A stretch of 64,000 bases of DNA from an uncultured Actinomycetes bacterium (lineage in GTDB: Bacteria; Actinomycetota; Thermoleophilia; Gaiellales; JAICJC01), in the NCBI GenBank assembly GCA_963805545.1, contig CAWDUU010000003.1:386545-450544 (forward strand). The letters are read 5' to 3'. Made by a program: the position numbers and the translations under genes. Shown here one piece after another: positions 8,554-27,226 of this stretch. The notes under the pieces were generated by a model, which was not told where the DNA came from, ran no database searches, and saw nothing but the letters and a program-made list of their open reading frames with translations. Position 1 is the stretch's first letter; every line of letters starts with the position of its first letter.

Positions 8554-9084
8554 CTAGCGCTCGAGCGAGAACCAGGCCAGGCGGCGGTGGCCGCCGCCGC
8601 GGCGCAGAAGCGCCTGCCCGAGGTAGACGCCGGGCTCGACCTCGACCAGCTCGTCCAGGATCCGCCGGAAGGGCGGCGCGTTCCCGGGCAGGTCGTAGTC
8701 GATCCGCAGCACCTCGATGCCCGGGTCGAGCGCGCCCGGCCCGGCCGACGTCGCAAACGGGAGGGCGCGGTAGGAGCGCGCGTCCTCCGGCCACGACGCC
8801 CGATAGGCCGACGGCGTGAGCAGGCGGCCGACCCTGTGGACGCGGCTGTCGAAGACGTTCTCGCCCGTTGCGTGCTCCGCGTCGAAACGCTTCCCCAGCC
8901 AGATCGCGGCGCCGGGGCCGAGGAGGGCGCCCGCCGGGCCGAGCGTCATGTGGAGGAGCGACCCGCGCATCCTCCCCGCCGGGGGCGGATCCGGCACCTG
9001 GCCACGGGCGAAGAGGCCCTCCAGCTCTCCGGGCGAGCGGCCTGCGAGGGTGCGGGGGCGGTGGCCGGTGCGAGCCATACCCAC
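8554..9084 (-). CDS. Hypothetical protein (GXWXG/DUF4334-like)
   Basis: IWLGKRF and a C-terminal VEVEPGVYLGQALLR....LAWFSLER resemble that family. The assignment is from memory only. Confidence 0.5.
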   Translation of the reverse strand: MGMARTGHRPRTLAGRSPGELEGLFARGQVPDPPPAGRMRGSLLHMTLGPAGALLGPGAAIWLGKRFDAEHATGENVFDSRVHRVGRLLTPSAYRASWPEDARSYRALPFATSAGPGALDPGIEVLRIDYDLPGNAPPFRRILDELVEVEPGVYLGQALLRRGGGHRRLAWFSLER

Positions 9085-9118
9085 ATGTTCGCACCGGCGC
9101 CGTCGCTACGCTGACGGG

Positions 9119-9586
9119 ATGCGCTATTTCATCTGCCCGAACTGCACGACGCGAGCGCTCGACGACGACGGGAAGGCCGGTCTCTCACACCAGCCCGTCG
9201 GGTGCGCGAAGTGCGGATTCGGCTATCTCTTCGAGCTCCTCGAGGACTTCTTCCCGCCCGCCGGCGCCGGCATGGTGACGTGCGACAAGGAGGGCCGGGT
9301 CCTCTCATGCGGCAAGGGCGTCTTCGAGGTCTCCGGGTACGCGGAGGGCGACGTGATGGGAAAGCCCCTCGTCGAGGCGTTCGGCCTCACCGGCTTCCCC
9401 GGCGAGAGCGACCCCGTGCCGGTCGTGCTGGAATGGGGCGTCCGCAAGCTCGACCAGCACGTGACCATGCGCCATCGCTCGGGCCGGCCGAAGCCGGTCC
9501 GGCTCGATCTCTTCCCGGCCTACGACGAGGACGGCGGCATGCTGGCATCGCTCGCTCCGGAGTTGAACGGCCACCTGCCGGGCTAG
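9119..9586 (+). CDS. Zinc-ribbon plus PAS-like small protein
   Basis: The ATG at 9119 is in frame with ORF 8816..9586. The N-terminus has CPNC...CAKC. The C-terminal approximately 100 aa look PAS-like (VTCDKEGRVLSCGKGVFEVSGYAEGDVMGKPL). Confidence 0.55.
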   Translation: MRYFICPNCTTRALDDDGKAGLSHQPVGCAKCGFGYLFELLEDFFPPAGAGMVTCDKEGRVLSCGKGVFEVSGYAEGDVMGKPLVEAFGLTGFPGESDPVPVVLEWGVRKLDQHVTMRHRSGRPKPVRLDLFPAYDEDGGMLASLAPELNGHLPG

Positions 9587-9873
9587 CCGGCCGCCTCCGC
9601 CAGCTCGCGCTCGACGATCGCCTGGAGCCGCTCGACGCACTCGAGCTGGCGCAGGCGGCGCTCGAGCAGGCGCCGTTCGGCGGCGGCGTCGGGCCGGACG
9701 AGCGCGCCGAGCGCCTCGAGCACCGCCACGTCGCGGGCGCCCAGCTCGGCCCGCGCGACAGCCTCGATGCCGCCCCAGGCGATGCGGAGCCGGGCGCCGT
9801 CGACGTCGTCGCGCAGCCGCTCGGCATGGCGGGCGAGGCGGTCGGCGTAGAGCTCAAGCTCGATGCGGGCCAT
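9583..9873 (-). CDS. Hypothetical helical protein
   Basis: The ATG gives MARIELELYADRLARHAERLRDD. The protein is Arg/Glu/Leu-rich and probably coiled-coil. It makes a 4 nt convergent overlap with the previous gene. Confidence 0.4.
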   Translation of the reverse strand: MARIELELYADRLARHAERLRDDVDGARLRIAWGGIEAVARAELGARDVAVLEALGALVRPDAAAERRLLERRLRQLECVERLQAIVERELAEAAG

Positions 9874-10000
9874 ACGCCCAGCATCCCGTCGGCGGTGCAA
9901 CGCAGCCAGGGCCGGACCGTCCCGACTCCGCCCCGACTCTGCAACGGCGAGGTGTGGGTTACCTGGTATCCCCGTCGCCCCTCGCGCACCCGGATTTGGC

Positions 10001-10612
10001 TTAGATACGCCGAGAGGGGCAGAGGTCGAGGACTGCGCAATTGGCGCATCGCGGGCGCTGCGAATGGCAGACGCGGCGGCCGTGGAAGATGAAGACGTCG
10101 GTCACCTCAAGCCAGCGCTCGCGCGGGTAGAGCGACATGAGGACGCGCTCGACGCGCACAGGGTCGGTGTGCCGGGTGAGGCGAAGGCGGCGGGTGACGC
10201 GGCCGACGTGCGTGTCGACCGCGATCCCCTCGCGGGCCCCGAACGCGTTCGACGCCACGACCGCGGCGGTCTTGCGGCCGACGCCGGGAAGCGCCACCAG
10301 CTCGGCCGTCGTCCTCGGTACCTCGCCGCCGTGCCGCTCCAGGATCGCCATGCACGATCCGCGGATCGCGGCCGTCTTCTGACGGAAGAACCCCGTCGGT
10401 AAGATGGCGAGCTCGAGCTCCTCGGCCGGCACCGCCAGGTAGTCCTCGGGCCGCCGGAAGCGCCTGAAGAGCGTCGCTGTCACCTGGTTCACGCGCACGT
10501 CCGTGCACTGGGCCGAGAGGATCGTGGCGACCAGCAGCTCGAGCGGTGTCGACCAGTTGAGCTCGATGGAGGCGTCGGGGTGCTGGGCGTGCAGCCGATC
10601 GAGGATGACCAC
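10001..10612 (-). CDS. nth: Endonuclease III
   Basis: It has the HhH-GPD motif LVALPGVGRKTAAVV, the catalytic DTHV, and a C-terminal Fe-S cluster loop CHSQRPRCANCAVLDLC. The GTG at 10612 is the only start before the conserved N-terminus, and the rest of the track ORF is Arg-rich junk. Confidence 0.9.
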   Translation of the reverse strand: MVILDRLHAQHPDASIELNWSTPLELLVATILSAQCTDVRVNQVTATLFRRFRRPEDYLAVPAEELELAILPTGFFRQKTAAIRGSCMAILERHGGEVPRTTAELVALPGVGRKTAAVVASNAFGAREGIAVDTHVGRVTRRLRLTRHTDPVRVERVLMSLYPRERWLEVTDVFIFHGRRVCHSQRPRCANCAVLDLCPSRRI

Positions 10613-10632
10613 GGCGCGGGCGCGCCGCTCCC

Positions 10633-17042
<6,410 letters not shown>

Positions 17043-17501
17043 CTAACGGAGCTCCATGTCGACGAACTCCCAGTCGTCGCCGGACGTGTGCCGCACATGC
17101 CGGCCGGTCGTCGCGAAGCCGCACCGCTCGTAGACGGTGATCGCCCGGGCGTTGAACGCCGCCACGGCGAGGGTGATCCGCACCGGCCCGTGAAGCCGCC
17201 GGACCAGGTCGATCCCAAGCTGCGTGAAGCCCCCGCCCAGCCCGCGGCCGCACAGGTCGGGACGCAGGCCGAGTCCGAGCTCGACGCTCTCGGCGCGCGA
17301 CTCCGCCTGGAAGAACCCCGCCAGCCGGCCGTCCTCGCCGTCGGCGGCGTGGAAGGCGTCGCCCCGCTTGGCCGGATCCAGCAGGAGCGCCAGGTCGCCG
17401 GGGTCGGCGGCGAAGTCGTAGAACGCGTATTCGCCCGGATACCGCCAGGCCGCGATCGCCTCGGCGTCGGCCTGCGCCAGAGGACGGACCGCGAACCGCA
17501 C
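17043..17501 (-). CDS. GNAT family N-acetyltransferase
   Basis: It has the acetyl-CoA motif RGRGLGGGF and NARAITVYERCGF. The size is 152 aa. Confidence 0.85.
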   Translation of the reverse strand: MRFAVRPLAQADAEAIAAWRYPGEYAFYDFAADPGDLALLLDPAKRGDAFHAADGEDGRLAGFFQAESRAESVELGLGLRPDLCGRGLGGGFTQLGIDLVRRLHGPVRITLAVAAFNARAITVYERCGFATTGRHVRHTSGDDWEFVDMELR

Positions 17502-18800
17502 CTACCGAAGCACGCGCCCGTCGAGCCCCGAGGCGTCGAGGCCGAGGCCCGCGACGGCGGTCGCCGCGACGTCCTGGACGCCGGCCTCGCCCTCCGGCCG
17601 GGCGCCGCGCACGAGCACGAACGCGTCGTCCTGGGTGTGCATCCCGGTGAGCTTTCCGACCCCCTCCAGGTCCGCAGTCCGCACCGCGCCCTTGAGATCC
17701 CAACCGTTCTTCGAGACGAGCACGAGGTCTGGCCCGAGCTCGGCCTTCGGCCCGGAGAACGCCTCCTCGCGGGTCGCGACGCGGGCCACGAACGGGAGCG
17801 CGGCCGCCCACTCGGCGAGCTCCGCACGCACGGCGCCGTACTCGGCCGCCGGCACGGTCCCGCCCGGCTCGCGCCCCTCCAGGTTGAGGTAGAGCCGGCC
17901 CGGGTCCATGCAGTAGGCGCGGGTGCGCTCGGGAACGACCGACGCGATCGACTTGGCCGGCTCCTGGAGAGCGAGCCAGCCGTCGCGCTCGAGCCAGCGG
18001 TTGACGTAGACCTCGCGGTCGAGGCGGCAGAAGCCGTGGTCGGAGAGCAGGATGAGCGCGCAGTCATCGGGCAGCCGCCGCACCAGCTCGCCGACCGACG
18101 CGTCGACGCGGTCGTAGTACTCGTGGAAGCGGCTCGCCCACGGCTCCTCGCCCCGCTCCATCTGCGCCCACAGGAAGTGGTGCAGGCGGTCGGTGCCGGT
18201 GAACGCGCAGAAGAGCAGGTCGGGCGGCTCGCGGTCGAGGAGGTCGGTGAAGACCCGGGTGCGCGCGTCATGGTGGGCGACGAGCTGCGCCCAGAACGCC
18301 TCGAGGTCGCTGTGCCCCAGCCCGAGGTCGACGTCGATCAGGTAGTCGCGCTCCTTGAGAAAGTCGACCAGGCCGGGCGGCTGCACGGAGCGCTCCAGCG
18401 TGGGCGACACGAACCCGGAGACGAGCACACCCCCGTTCGGCTGCGGCTGGGCCGGGTACGTCCCCGGGATGTTGAGGACGACCGAGCGCAGGCCCGCCGC
18501 GGCCGCGACGGCCCAGACCGGCGGCTCGGCGATCGTGTGCACGTTCGTGAAGGTGATGTCCCACGAGCCCGGCTTTCGCTCGACGAACCCGAAGACGCCA
18601 TGGCGGCCGGGGTTGGTGCCGGTCGACGCGCTGGCCCACGACACCGACGAGATCGGCGGCAGCGGGGCGCGCGCCGACATGAGCGTTCCGTCGCGCGCGA
18701 GGGCGGAGAGGGTCGGAAGCCCGCCGGCCTCGATCCGCGAACGGAGGTAGCTCGCCGGGGTCCCGTCGAGCCCGATGACGCAGACGCGCGGCCGGCTCAT
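17502..18800 (-). CDS. Alkaline-phosphatase-superfamily protein (type I phosphodiesterase / nucleotide pyrophosphatase-like)
   Basis: Family motifs are VCVIGLDGT, PPISSVSWASASTGTNPGRHGVFGF and ILLSDHGF. It directly abuts the GNAT start. Confidence 0.8.
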   Translation of the reverse strand: MSRPRVCVIGLDGTPASYLRSRIEAGGLPTLSALARDGTLMSARAPLPPISSVSWASASTGTNPGRHGVFGFVERKPGSWDITFTNVHTIAEPPVWAVAAAAGLRSVVLNIPGTYPAQPQPNGGVLVSGFVSPTLERSVQPPGLVDFLKERDYLIDVDLGLGHSDLEAFWAQLVAHHDARTRVFTDLLDREPPDLLFCAFTGTDRLHHFLWAQMERGEEPWASRFHEYYDRVDASVGELVRRLPDDCALILLSDHGFCRLDREVYVNRWLERDGWLALQEPAKSIASVVPERTRAYCMDPGRLYLNLEGREPGGTVPAAEYGAVRAELAEWAAALPFVARVATREEAFSGPKAELGPDLVLVSKNGWDLKGAVRTADLEGVGKLTGMHTQDDAFVLVRGARPEGEAGVQDVAATAVAGLGLDASGLDGRVLR

Positions 18801-18837
18801 GGGCGCGAAAGGCTAGCAGCAGGCCGCAGGCGGCGGC

Positions 18838-19125
18838 CTACGCCGCCGGTTCGGGCGGCTTGACCTGGTCTGTGAGCCGGTCGATGGTCGCCCCGTCGGG
18901 GTAGGCGTAGTTGATCTCGACGAAGGCGTTCCACTTGTCGGGGAGCGCGTCCTCGGGATAGATCGCCTCGACGGGGCACTCCGGCTCGCAGGCGCCGCAG
19001 TCGATGCACTCCTCCGGGTCGATGACCAGCATCCGCCCGAATTCGTGGATGCAGTCGACCGGGCAGACGTCGATGCACGACTTGTCCTTCAGGTCGATGC
19101 ACGGCTCGGCGATGATGTACGTCAC
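18838..19125 (-). CDS. fdxA: 7Fe-type ferredoxin
   Basis: MTYIIAEPCIDLKDKSCIDVCPVDCIH ... CIDCGACEPECP is the classical [3Fe-4S][4Fe-4S] pattern. Confidence 0.9.
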   Translation of the reverse strand: MTYIIAEPCIDLKDKSCIDVCPVDCIHEFGRMLVIDPEECIDCGACEPECPVEAIYPEDALPDKWNAFVEINYAYPDGATIDRLTDQVKPPEPAA

Positions 19126-19168
19126 GCGGTCCTCCTGCGCTTCCGGGGGAGCCGCAAGTGTATCGACC

Positions 19169-19843
19169 TCACCCGCTGATCCCCGCCACCCAGGCGTTCA
19201 CGACGTACGTCTTGTCGAAGAAGACGAGCAGCCCCGCCGCGACCAGGATCAGGCCAGAGACGACCCGCACCGTGGTGTACCTGTCGCGCAGGAACCGGGC
19301 GGCGCTCATCGCCTGGCCGACCCCGAGCGCGACGGCCAGGAACGGGATCGCGAGCCCGGCGGCGTAGGCGGCCAGGAGGCCGGCGCCGCGGGCGGCGGTG
19401 GCCTCGGTGGCGGCGAGGGCCAGGATCGAGCCGAGCACCGGCCCGACGCACGGCGTCCAGCACAGGCCGAACGCGCCGCCCAGGAGGAGCGCCGACCCCG
19501 ACGCCCGCGCCGGCTCGAGGCCGGGCGTGAGCGAGCGCTCGATCACGGGCACCCGCAGGAGCCCCATCATGACGAAGCCCATCGCAACGATCACGATGCC
19601 GCCCAGGTGGATCAGGTCGAGCCGGTGGTCGGTGACGAGCGACCCGGCCAGCCCCACCGCCACCCCGAGCGCGATGAACACCGCCGAGAATCCAAGCACG
19701 AACGGCGCCGCCGCCCGCAGCGCCCGGCCCGGGTCGGTCGCGCTGGCCCCGATCGCCGAGAGGTAGGCGGGGACGAGCGGGAGCACGCACGGTGTCGCGA
19801 ACGAGACGATCCCGGCGGCGAACGCTGCGGCGGCCTGGTTCAC
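19169..19843 (-). CDS. ccdA: Cytochrome c biogenesis thiol-reductant transporter CcdA (DsbD family)
   Basis: It has six TM helices with the two conserved Cys motifs SFATPCVLPLVPAYL and GLCWTPCVGPVLG. The GTG at 19843 makes a GTGA overlap with the ccmH stop. Confidence 0.85.
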   Translation of the reverse strand: MNQAAAAFAAGIVSFATPCVLPLVPAYLSAIGASATDPGRALRAAAPFVLGFSAVFIALGVAVGLAGSLVTDHRLDLIHLGGIVIVAMGFVMMGLLRVPVIERSLTPGLEPARASGSALLLGGAFGLCWTPCVGPVLGSILALAATEATAARGAGLLAAYAAGLAIPFLAVALGVGQAMSAARFLRDRYTTVRVVSGLILVAAGLLVFFDKTYVVNAWVAGISG

Positions 19844-20301
19844 TCGAACCCCGTCAGGTCCGCGTCGATCCGCGCCGCCAGCGCCGGATCGAGATCCTCG
19901 CCCGGGGGCGACCGGGGCGGCCCCGGGCGCGACCGCGACCAGCGCAGGGCGAGCGCGGCCGCCACTGCGATCCCCGCGAGCAGCACCGCGCCCGGCACGA
20001 GCCAGGCGAGAAGCGAGAAGCCGTGCTTGGGGGGCGCCGCCAGGATCTCCTCGCCGAACCGGGCGACGAGCGTGTCCTTCACCCGCGAGCTCGTCCATCC
20101 GGCCTGGCACTTCTCGTGGACGAAGTCGCGCACGTGCTGCGCGAACGCCGAGTCCGACTGGTCGATCGGGACACGGCAGGTGATGCACATGAGCTGCCCC
20201 TGCATGTCCTGCTCCGACCAGCCGTTGCAGGCCAGTGCGGCGCCCGGCGCGGCGAGGCCGAGCGCGACCGCCGCGGCCAGGCACGCGGCGAGGCGCCTCA
20301 C
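19840..20301 (-). CDS. ccmH: CcmH/NrfF-like cytochrome c maturation protein
   Basis: It has a signal peptide, LMCITCRVPIDQSDSAFAQHVRDFV (CxxC followed by the SDS..A motif), ARFGEEIL, and a C-terminal TM helix. Confidence 0.75.
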   Translation of the reverse strand: MRRLAACLAAAVALGLAAPGAALACNGWSEQDMQGQLMCITCRVPIDQSDSAFAQHVRDFVHEKCQAGWTSSRVKDTLVARFGEEILAAPPKHGFSLLAWLVPGAVLLAGIAVAAALALRWSRSRPGPPRSPPGEDLDPALAARIDADLTGFE

Positions 20302-20852
20302 GCCGGCCCCTCACCGAGGACCGGCAGGATCGCGTCGTCGAGCTCCTTCGCCGTGATCTCGCGGGGCTGGTACCAGCGCACCGTCCCGTCGCGACCGATC
20401 ACGAACGTGGCCGGAAAGCCGGACACGCCCCACCGCGTCGTGACGTCGTTCGAGCCGTCGTGGACGAGCGGGTAGCTCACGTGGAACGTGCGGGCGAAGT
20501 CGCGCGCGTCGGAGGCGAAGTCCTGCGAGTCGACGCCGACGATCCGGAGCCCCTGGGCGGAGTGGCGGTGGAGCTCCTCGGCGAAGATCGGCGCTTCGTC
20601 GCGGCACGGCTGGCACCACGACGCCCAGAAGTTGAGGACGACGACGTCGCCGCGCAGGCTGTGCAGGTCGACGGTGCCGCCGCCGTCGAGGGCGGGCAGG
20701 CTGAAGCCGGGCGCCGCGGGCGTCTTGCCGTCGTTCAGCTCCGCGGCCACGGTCGTCGAGTTCGAGCGCAGCCCGTGGGCGAAGATGCCCACGAGCGCGA
20801 CGAGGACGGCCACGGCGGCCGCCTGGAGGGCCAGTCTCGCTCCCCTGGGCAC
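20298..20852 (-). CDS. resA: TlpA/ResA/CcmG-type thiol:disulfide oxidoreductase
   Basis: It has an N-terminal anchor, a thioredoxin fold with VVLNFWASWCQPC, and GFPATFVIGRDG. Confidence 0.85.
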   Translation of the reverse strand: MPRGARLALQAAAVAVLVALVGIFAHGLRSNSTTVAAELNDGKTPAAPGFSLPALDGGGTVDLHSLRGDVVVLNFWASWCQPCRDEAPIFAEELHRHSAQGLRIVGVDSQDFASDARDFARTFHVSYPLVHDGSNDVTTRWGVSGFPATFVIGRDGTVRWYQPREITAKELDDAILPVLGEGPA

Positions 20853-20889
20853 GGCTCCGAGTGTAGCCGTGCCCAGGCCCGCTGCGCGG

Positions 20890-21108
20890 TTAGTGCGCTC
20901 CGTCGGAGATGTGGGCGTACGAGCGGGTGTACGGACGCCACGGCGCCCGCTCCCAATCGACCCCCTGGCACATCGGACACGTCGGCAGCGACCGGTACAC
21001 GGTCACGCCGTAGCCACAGTCGCGGCAGCGGAACTCACCCTTTGCCCTCGCGCCGGCCGTCCAGCCCTGATCGACGTCAGGGTCCCGGCGCTCCACGATC
21101 GACCCCAT
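20890..21108 (-). CDS. Small zinc-ribbon protein (72 aa)
   Basis: The internal ATG gives MGSIVERRDPD. CRDCGYGV...CPMC is a four-Cys ribbon. The upstream part of the track ORF is Arg/Gly junk. Confidence 0.5.
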   Translation of the reverse strand: MGSIVERRDPDVDQGWTAGARAKGEFRCRDCGYGVTVYRSLPTCPMCQGVDWERAPWRPYTRSYAHISDGAH

Positions 21109-21157
21109 GTGATGCTCCTCGCTCGGGACATGCACTGTAGCCGCTGGCAGACCCCTG

Positions 21158-21198
21158 CTCAACACGAAATCAACCTGATATCCATCTTTACTCAACAC
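21158..21198. promoter_or_regulatory. Direct repeat CTCAACAC x2 (33 nt apart) in an AT-richer divergent promoter region
   Basis: The copies lie at 21158-21165 and 21191-21198, inside the 138 nt gap between the divergent genes 20890..21108(-) and 21247..21792(+). Confidence 0.3.
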
Positions 21199-21246
21199 AC
21201 GGGGCCGGGCGGGGAGCGGCGGCAGCCTCGGTAGACTCCGCGGCGC

Positions 21247-21792
21247 ATGACGCAGAAGGCGACGCTCAAGCCGTACCTGGACGAGATCCGGCAGTGGGTC
21301 GAACAGGGCCGCACCGACGTGTGGATCGCCCATACCCTGAACTCGACGCCCGCGTCGATCTCGGCGTTCCGCTCCTCGCACGGCATCCTGCGGCGCGACA
21401 TCGCCTCCGAGGCCCGCTCGGCGCCGCCGGTGATCCCGCCGGACGCTCCGCCCGAGGAGTCGCCGACCAAGCGGCGCCGGCGGGCGAAGAAGCCGGCCGG
21501 CGCGCCGCCGCTCTCGGGGCCGGCCGCCGAGAAGGCCGCTGCTGTTGTCACCACCACCGGAACCGACGAGGAGGCGCCGGCCCGCAAGCGCCGCCGCCGC
21601 GGCGGCCGCGGCCGCAAGCGCCCGACGGGCTACGAGGCCGTGCTCGACCACGGCGACGAGGGCTACGGCTTCTGGTTCGACGGCGCGGTGCGCGACGACC
21701 CGGTCTTCGCCGAGCACTGGGCCGGCGTGCGCGCCCTCACGGTGCGGATCGAGGCCGACCAGATCGTGATCCGCGCCGACGACCGCGGCTGA
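21247..21792 (+). CDS. Hypothetical protein with an N-terminal HTH-like segment and an Arg/Lys-rich linker
   Basis: YLDEIRQWVEQGRTDVWIAHTLNSTPASISAFR looks HTH-like. Two KRRRR/RKRRRRGGRGRKR tracts follow. The C-terminal domain is globular (YGFWFDGAVRDDPVFAEHW). Confidence 0.55.
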   Translation: MTQKATLKPYLDEIRQWVEQGRTDVWIAHTLNSTPASISAFRSSHGILRRDIASEARSAPPVIPPDAPPEESPTKRRRRAKKPAGAPPLSGPAAEKAAAVVTTTGTDEEAPARKRRRRGGRGRKRPTGYEAVLDHGDEGYGFWFDGAVRDDPVFAEHWAGVRALTVRIEADQIVIRADDRG

Positions 21793-21806
21793 GCCACTGG
21801 TCGGCG

Positions 21807-22259
21807 TCAGTCCTTGACGGCCTTCTTGACGAGCGCGCGGATCCTCTTCTCCTCGGCCTCGGTCAGATCCATGAGCGCGAAGTCCGTCGGCCACATGGCG
21901 CCGTTGTCGAGGTTCGCCTTGTCGCTGAAGCCGAGCGTCGCGTACCTCGACTTGAACTTGGCCGCGCTCTTGAAGAAGAAGACCACCTTGTCGTCCTTCG
22001 AGTAGGCCGGCATCCCGTACCAGGTCCGCGGCGACAGGTCAGGCGCCACGTCCTTGACGATGGCATGGATGCGCTCCGCTTTCATTCGGTCCGCATCCGG
22101 CATCTCGGCGATCTTCTCGAGCACGTCCGCTTCCCCGTCGGCGCTCCCGCGCTTTCGCTCGCGGGCCGTCTCCCGCATCGCCGCCCGCTCCTCGGCGGTG
22201 AAGGTCTGCGACGCCTTGGCGGCCGTCTTCTTCGTCTTCGTCGGGTTCTTCTCGGCCAT
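21807..22259 (-). CDS. DUF1801 (YdhG-like) domain protein
   Basis: The internal ATG gives [11 protein letters not shown]. The call rests on a [32 protein letters not shown]-type core. Confidence 0.7.
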   Translation of the reverse strand: MAEKNPTKTKKTAAKASQTFTAEERAAMRETARERKRGSADGEADVLEKIAEMPDADRMKAERIHAIVKDVAPDLSPRTWYGMPAYSKDDKVVFFFKSAAKFKSRYATLGFSDKANLDNGAMWPTDFALMDLTEAEEKRIRALVKKAVKD

Positions 22260-22287
22260 CACGAGCACCTCCGGTGGGTTGCCTGTT

Positions 22288-22608
22288 TCATTCCGCCGTC
22301 GGGCGGAAATCGAGCGCGTCGCGCGCGATGCTCGCAAACGCGGCGTCCTGCACGAGCGAGAGGTCGTGCGCCCACGGGTGGGAGGTCGTGCGCTGGGCGA
22401 CATCCAGGCACCAGGCCGCGGCGCCGGAGTATTCGTCGCTCAGCGCCGCGAGGTCGAAGGCGTGACCCATCCGGCGGCGGAGCTCGGCGGCGATCTCGGC
22501 CACGACGCCGTGCAGCACCGCCCGCCGTGCGGCGGTCGTCTCGATCTCGGCCAGGCGGCGCTCGCCGGCCGTCCACTCCTGCATCGCAACCTCGACGGCG
22601 GCGTTCAT
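22288..22608 (-). CDS. Hypothetical protein (106 aa)
   Basis: Its ATG makes an ATGA overlap with the DUF501 gene stop. The sequence is helical and protein-like. Confidence 0.5.
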   Translation of the reverse strand: MNAAVEVAMQEWTAGERRLAEIETTAARRAVLHGVVAEIAAELRRRMGHAFDLAALSDEYSGAAAWCLDVAQRTTSHPWAHDLSLVQDAAFASIARDALDFRPTAE

Positions 22609-23090
22609 TCGCAGCAGCATCCGCCGTCGGGGAAGAGCGGCTCGGCCTCGGCGAGGATGCGCATCCCGACCTCGTACCCGGGCTCCGCCAGCGCAAACGC
22701 TGCGTGGGCGTGGAGGCACTTGACCGCGCCGTCGCGGGCGACGCCGGCGATGCCCAGCCCCAGGCTCGCGCCGCCGTCGGCCATCTCGCCGGCCGGCCGG
22801 CGCAGCGTGCGCTGCCGCCGCCAGGCCGCCTGGTAGGACGCCCGCAGCGCCGGATCCTCGGCAAGCAGCCGCTCGTAGCGGTCGACGCCGCCCGCCGCCT
22901 CGATCCGGTCGATCCGGGCCACGGCGTGCGGGCACGTCAGGTAGTAGGTCGTCGGGAACGGCTCGCCGCCCTCCAGGTAGGAGTCCTGCTCGACGACCGC
23001 CGGCCGGCCGTGCGGGCAGCGGGCGGCGACCCCGGCCAGGCCACGGGGCGGGCGCCCGAGCTGGGCCTCGATGAGGGCCGCGTCCTCCAC
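22605..23090 (-). CDS. DUF501 domain protein
   Basis: PFPTTYYLTCPH and VKCLHAHAAF motifs are present. It lies directly downstream of ftsB, as in the actinobacterial eno-ftsB-DUF501 arrangement. Confidence 0.75.
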   Translation of the reverse strand: MEDAALIEAQLGRPPRGLAGVAARCPHGRPAVVEQDSYLEGGEPFPTTYYLTCPHAVARIDRIEAAGGVDRYERLLAEDPALRASYQAAWRRQRTLRRPAGEMADGGASLGLGIAGVARDGAVKCLHAHAAFALAEPGYEVGMRILAEAEPLFPDGGCCCE

Positions 23091-23099
23091 GCGCTCAGG

Positions 23100-23396
23100 T
23101 TACTCGCAGTCGCTGCCGCCGATGCCCTGTACGACGATCGCCGTCTCGCCCGGGAACACCCAGCCGCACCGGCGTGCGTACCAGACGACGGTGGCGCGCG
23201 TGTGGAGCGACTGCTCCAGCTTGACGAGGCGGCCGTGCTCGCGCTCCAGCCGCGCCACCTGGGCGCGCTGGCTCGTCAGGTCGCGGCGCACCTGGAGGTA
23301 CTTCTGGACCGGGCCGACGTAGAGCGCCGCGATCACCGCGAACACGGCGACGGCGACGAGCCGCCCCACCGACACGCCGCGCCTCGTCTTTCGCAT
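23100..23396 (-). CDS. ftsB: Septum formation initiator FtsB/DivIC-like protein
   Basis: The internal ATG gives MRKTRRGVSV. There is one TM helix and then a coiled coil (QKYLQVRRDLTSQRAQVARLEREHGRLVKLEQSL). The remainder of the 601 aa track ORF is antisense to pyk. Confidence 0.7.
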   Translation of the reverse strand: MRKTRRGVSVGRLVAVAVFAVIAALYVGPVQKYLQVRRDLTSQRAQVARLEREHGRLVKLEQSLHTRATVVWYARRCGWVFPGETAIVVQGIGGSDCE

Positions 23397-23443
23397 CCGG
23401 GCCGACCCCACGCCGCCCCGGTTCGACGCCGCCCGGCGGAGTC

Positions 23444-26661
<3,218 letters not shown>

Positions 26662-26688
26662 GTATATCGCAACGGGAGGAGCAGCACA

Positions 26689-27225
26689 ATGAGCGCCATC
26701 GAGACACGCGAGATCGCGATCCCCGCCGGGACGTGGAAGGTCGACCCCAGCCACTCGCGGGTCGAGTTCTCGATCCGGCACATGGGCATCGCGTCCATCC
26801 GCGGAAGCTTTGCAGACTTCGACGCCGTCATCGCAGGCGGCGACGAGCCGGGCATCTCGGGTGCCATCCGCGTCGGCAGCGTCGACACGCGCGACGAGGC
26901 CCGCGACGGGCACCTCCAGTCGCCGGACTTCTTCGACGCCGAGCGGTATCCGGAGATCACGTTCGCGTCGACCCGGTTCGACAGCGGCAAGGTCGCCGGC
27001 GATCTCACCATCCGCGGCGTCACCCGCGAGGTGGAGCTCGACGCCCGCGTGACCGGCGCCGGCACCGATCCGTGGGGCAACGAGCGCCTCGGCCTCGAGC
27101 TCGAGGGCGAGATCGACCGCCACGACTTCGGCGTCAGCTGGAACACCCCGCTCCCGACGGGCGGGCTCCTGCTCGGCGACACCGTCCGCCTCCAGGCCGG
27201 CTTCTCGGCCGTGAAGGAGGCCTGA
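26689..27225 (+). CDS. yceI: YceI family protein
   Basis: Motifs WKVDPSHSRVEF.IRHMG...RGSF, SVDTRDEARDGHL and F.D.ERYPEITF are present. A GGGAGGAG Shine-Dalgarno lies 7 nt upstream of the ATG at 26689. Confidence 0.85.
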   Translation: MSAIETREIAIPAGTWKVDPSHSRVEFSIRHMGIASIRGSFADFDAVIAGGDEPGISGAIRVGSVDTRDEARDGHLQSPDFFDAERYPEITFASTRFDSGKVAGDLTIRGVTREVELDARVTGAGTDPWGNERLGLELEGEIDRHDFGVSWNTPLPTGGLLLGDTVRLQAGFSAVKEA

Positions 27226-27226
27226 C

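Noticed and set aside
18801-18837. A short GGCCGC-cgcct-GCGGCC hairpin downstream of the ferredoxin gene, considered as a terminator.
   Set aside because: The stem is only 6 bp, there is no U tract, and the next gene starts 38 nt away on the same strand. It is too weak to call.
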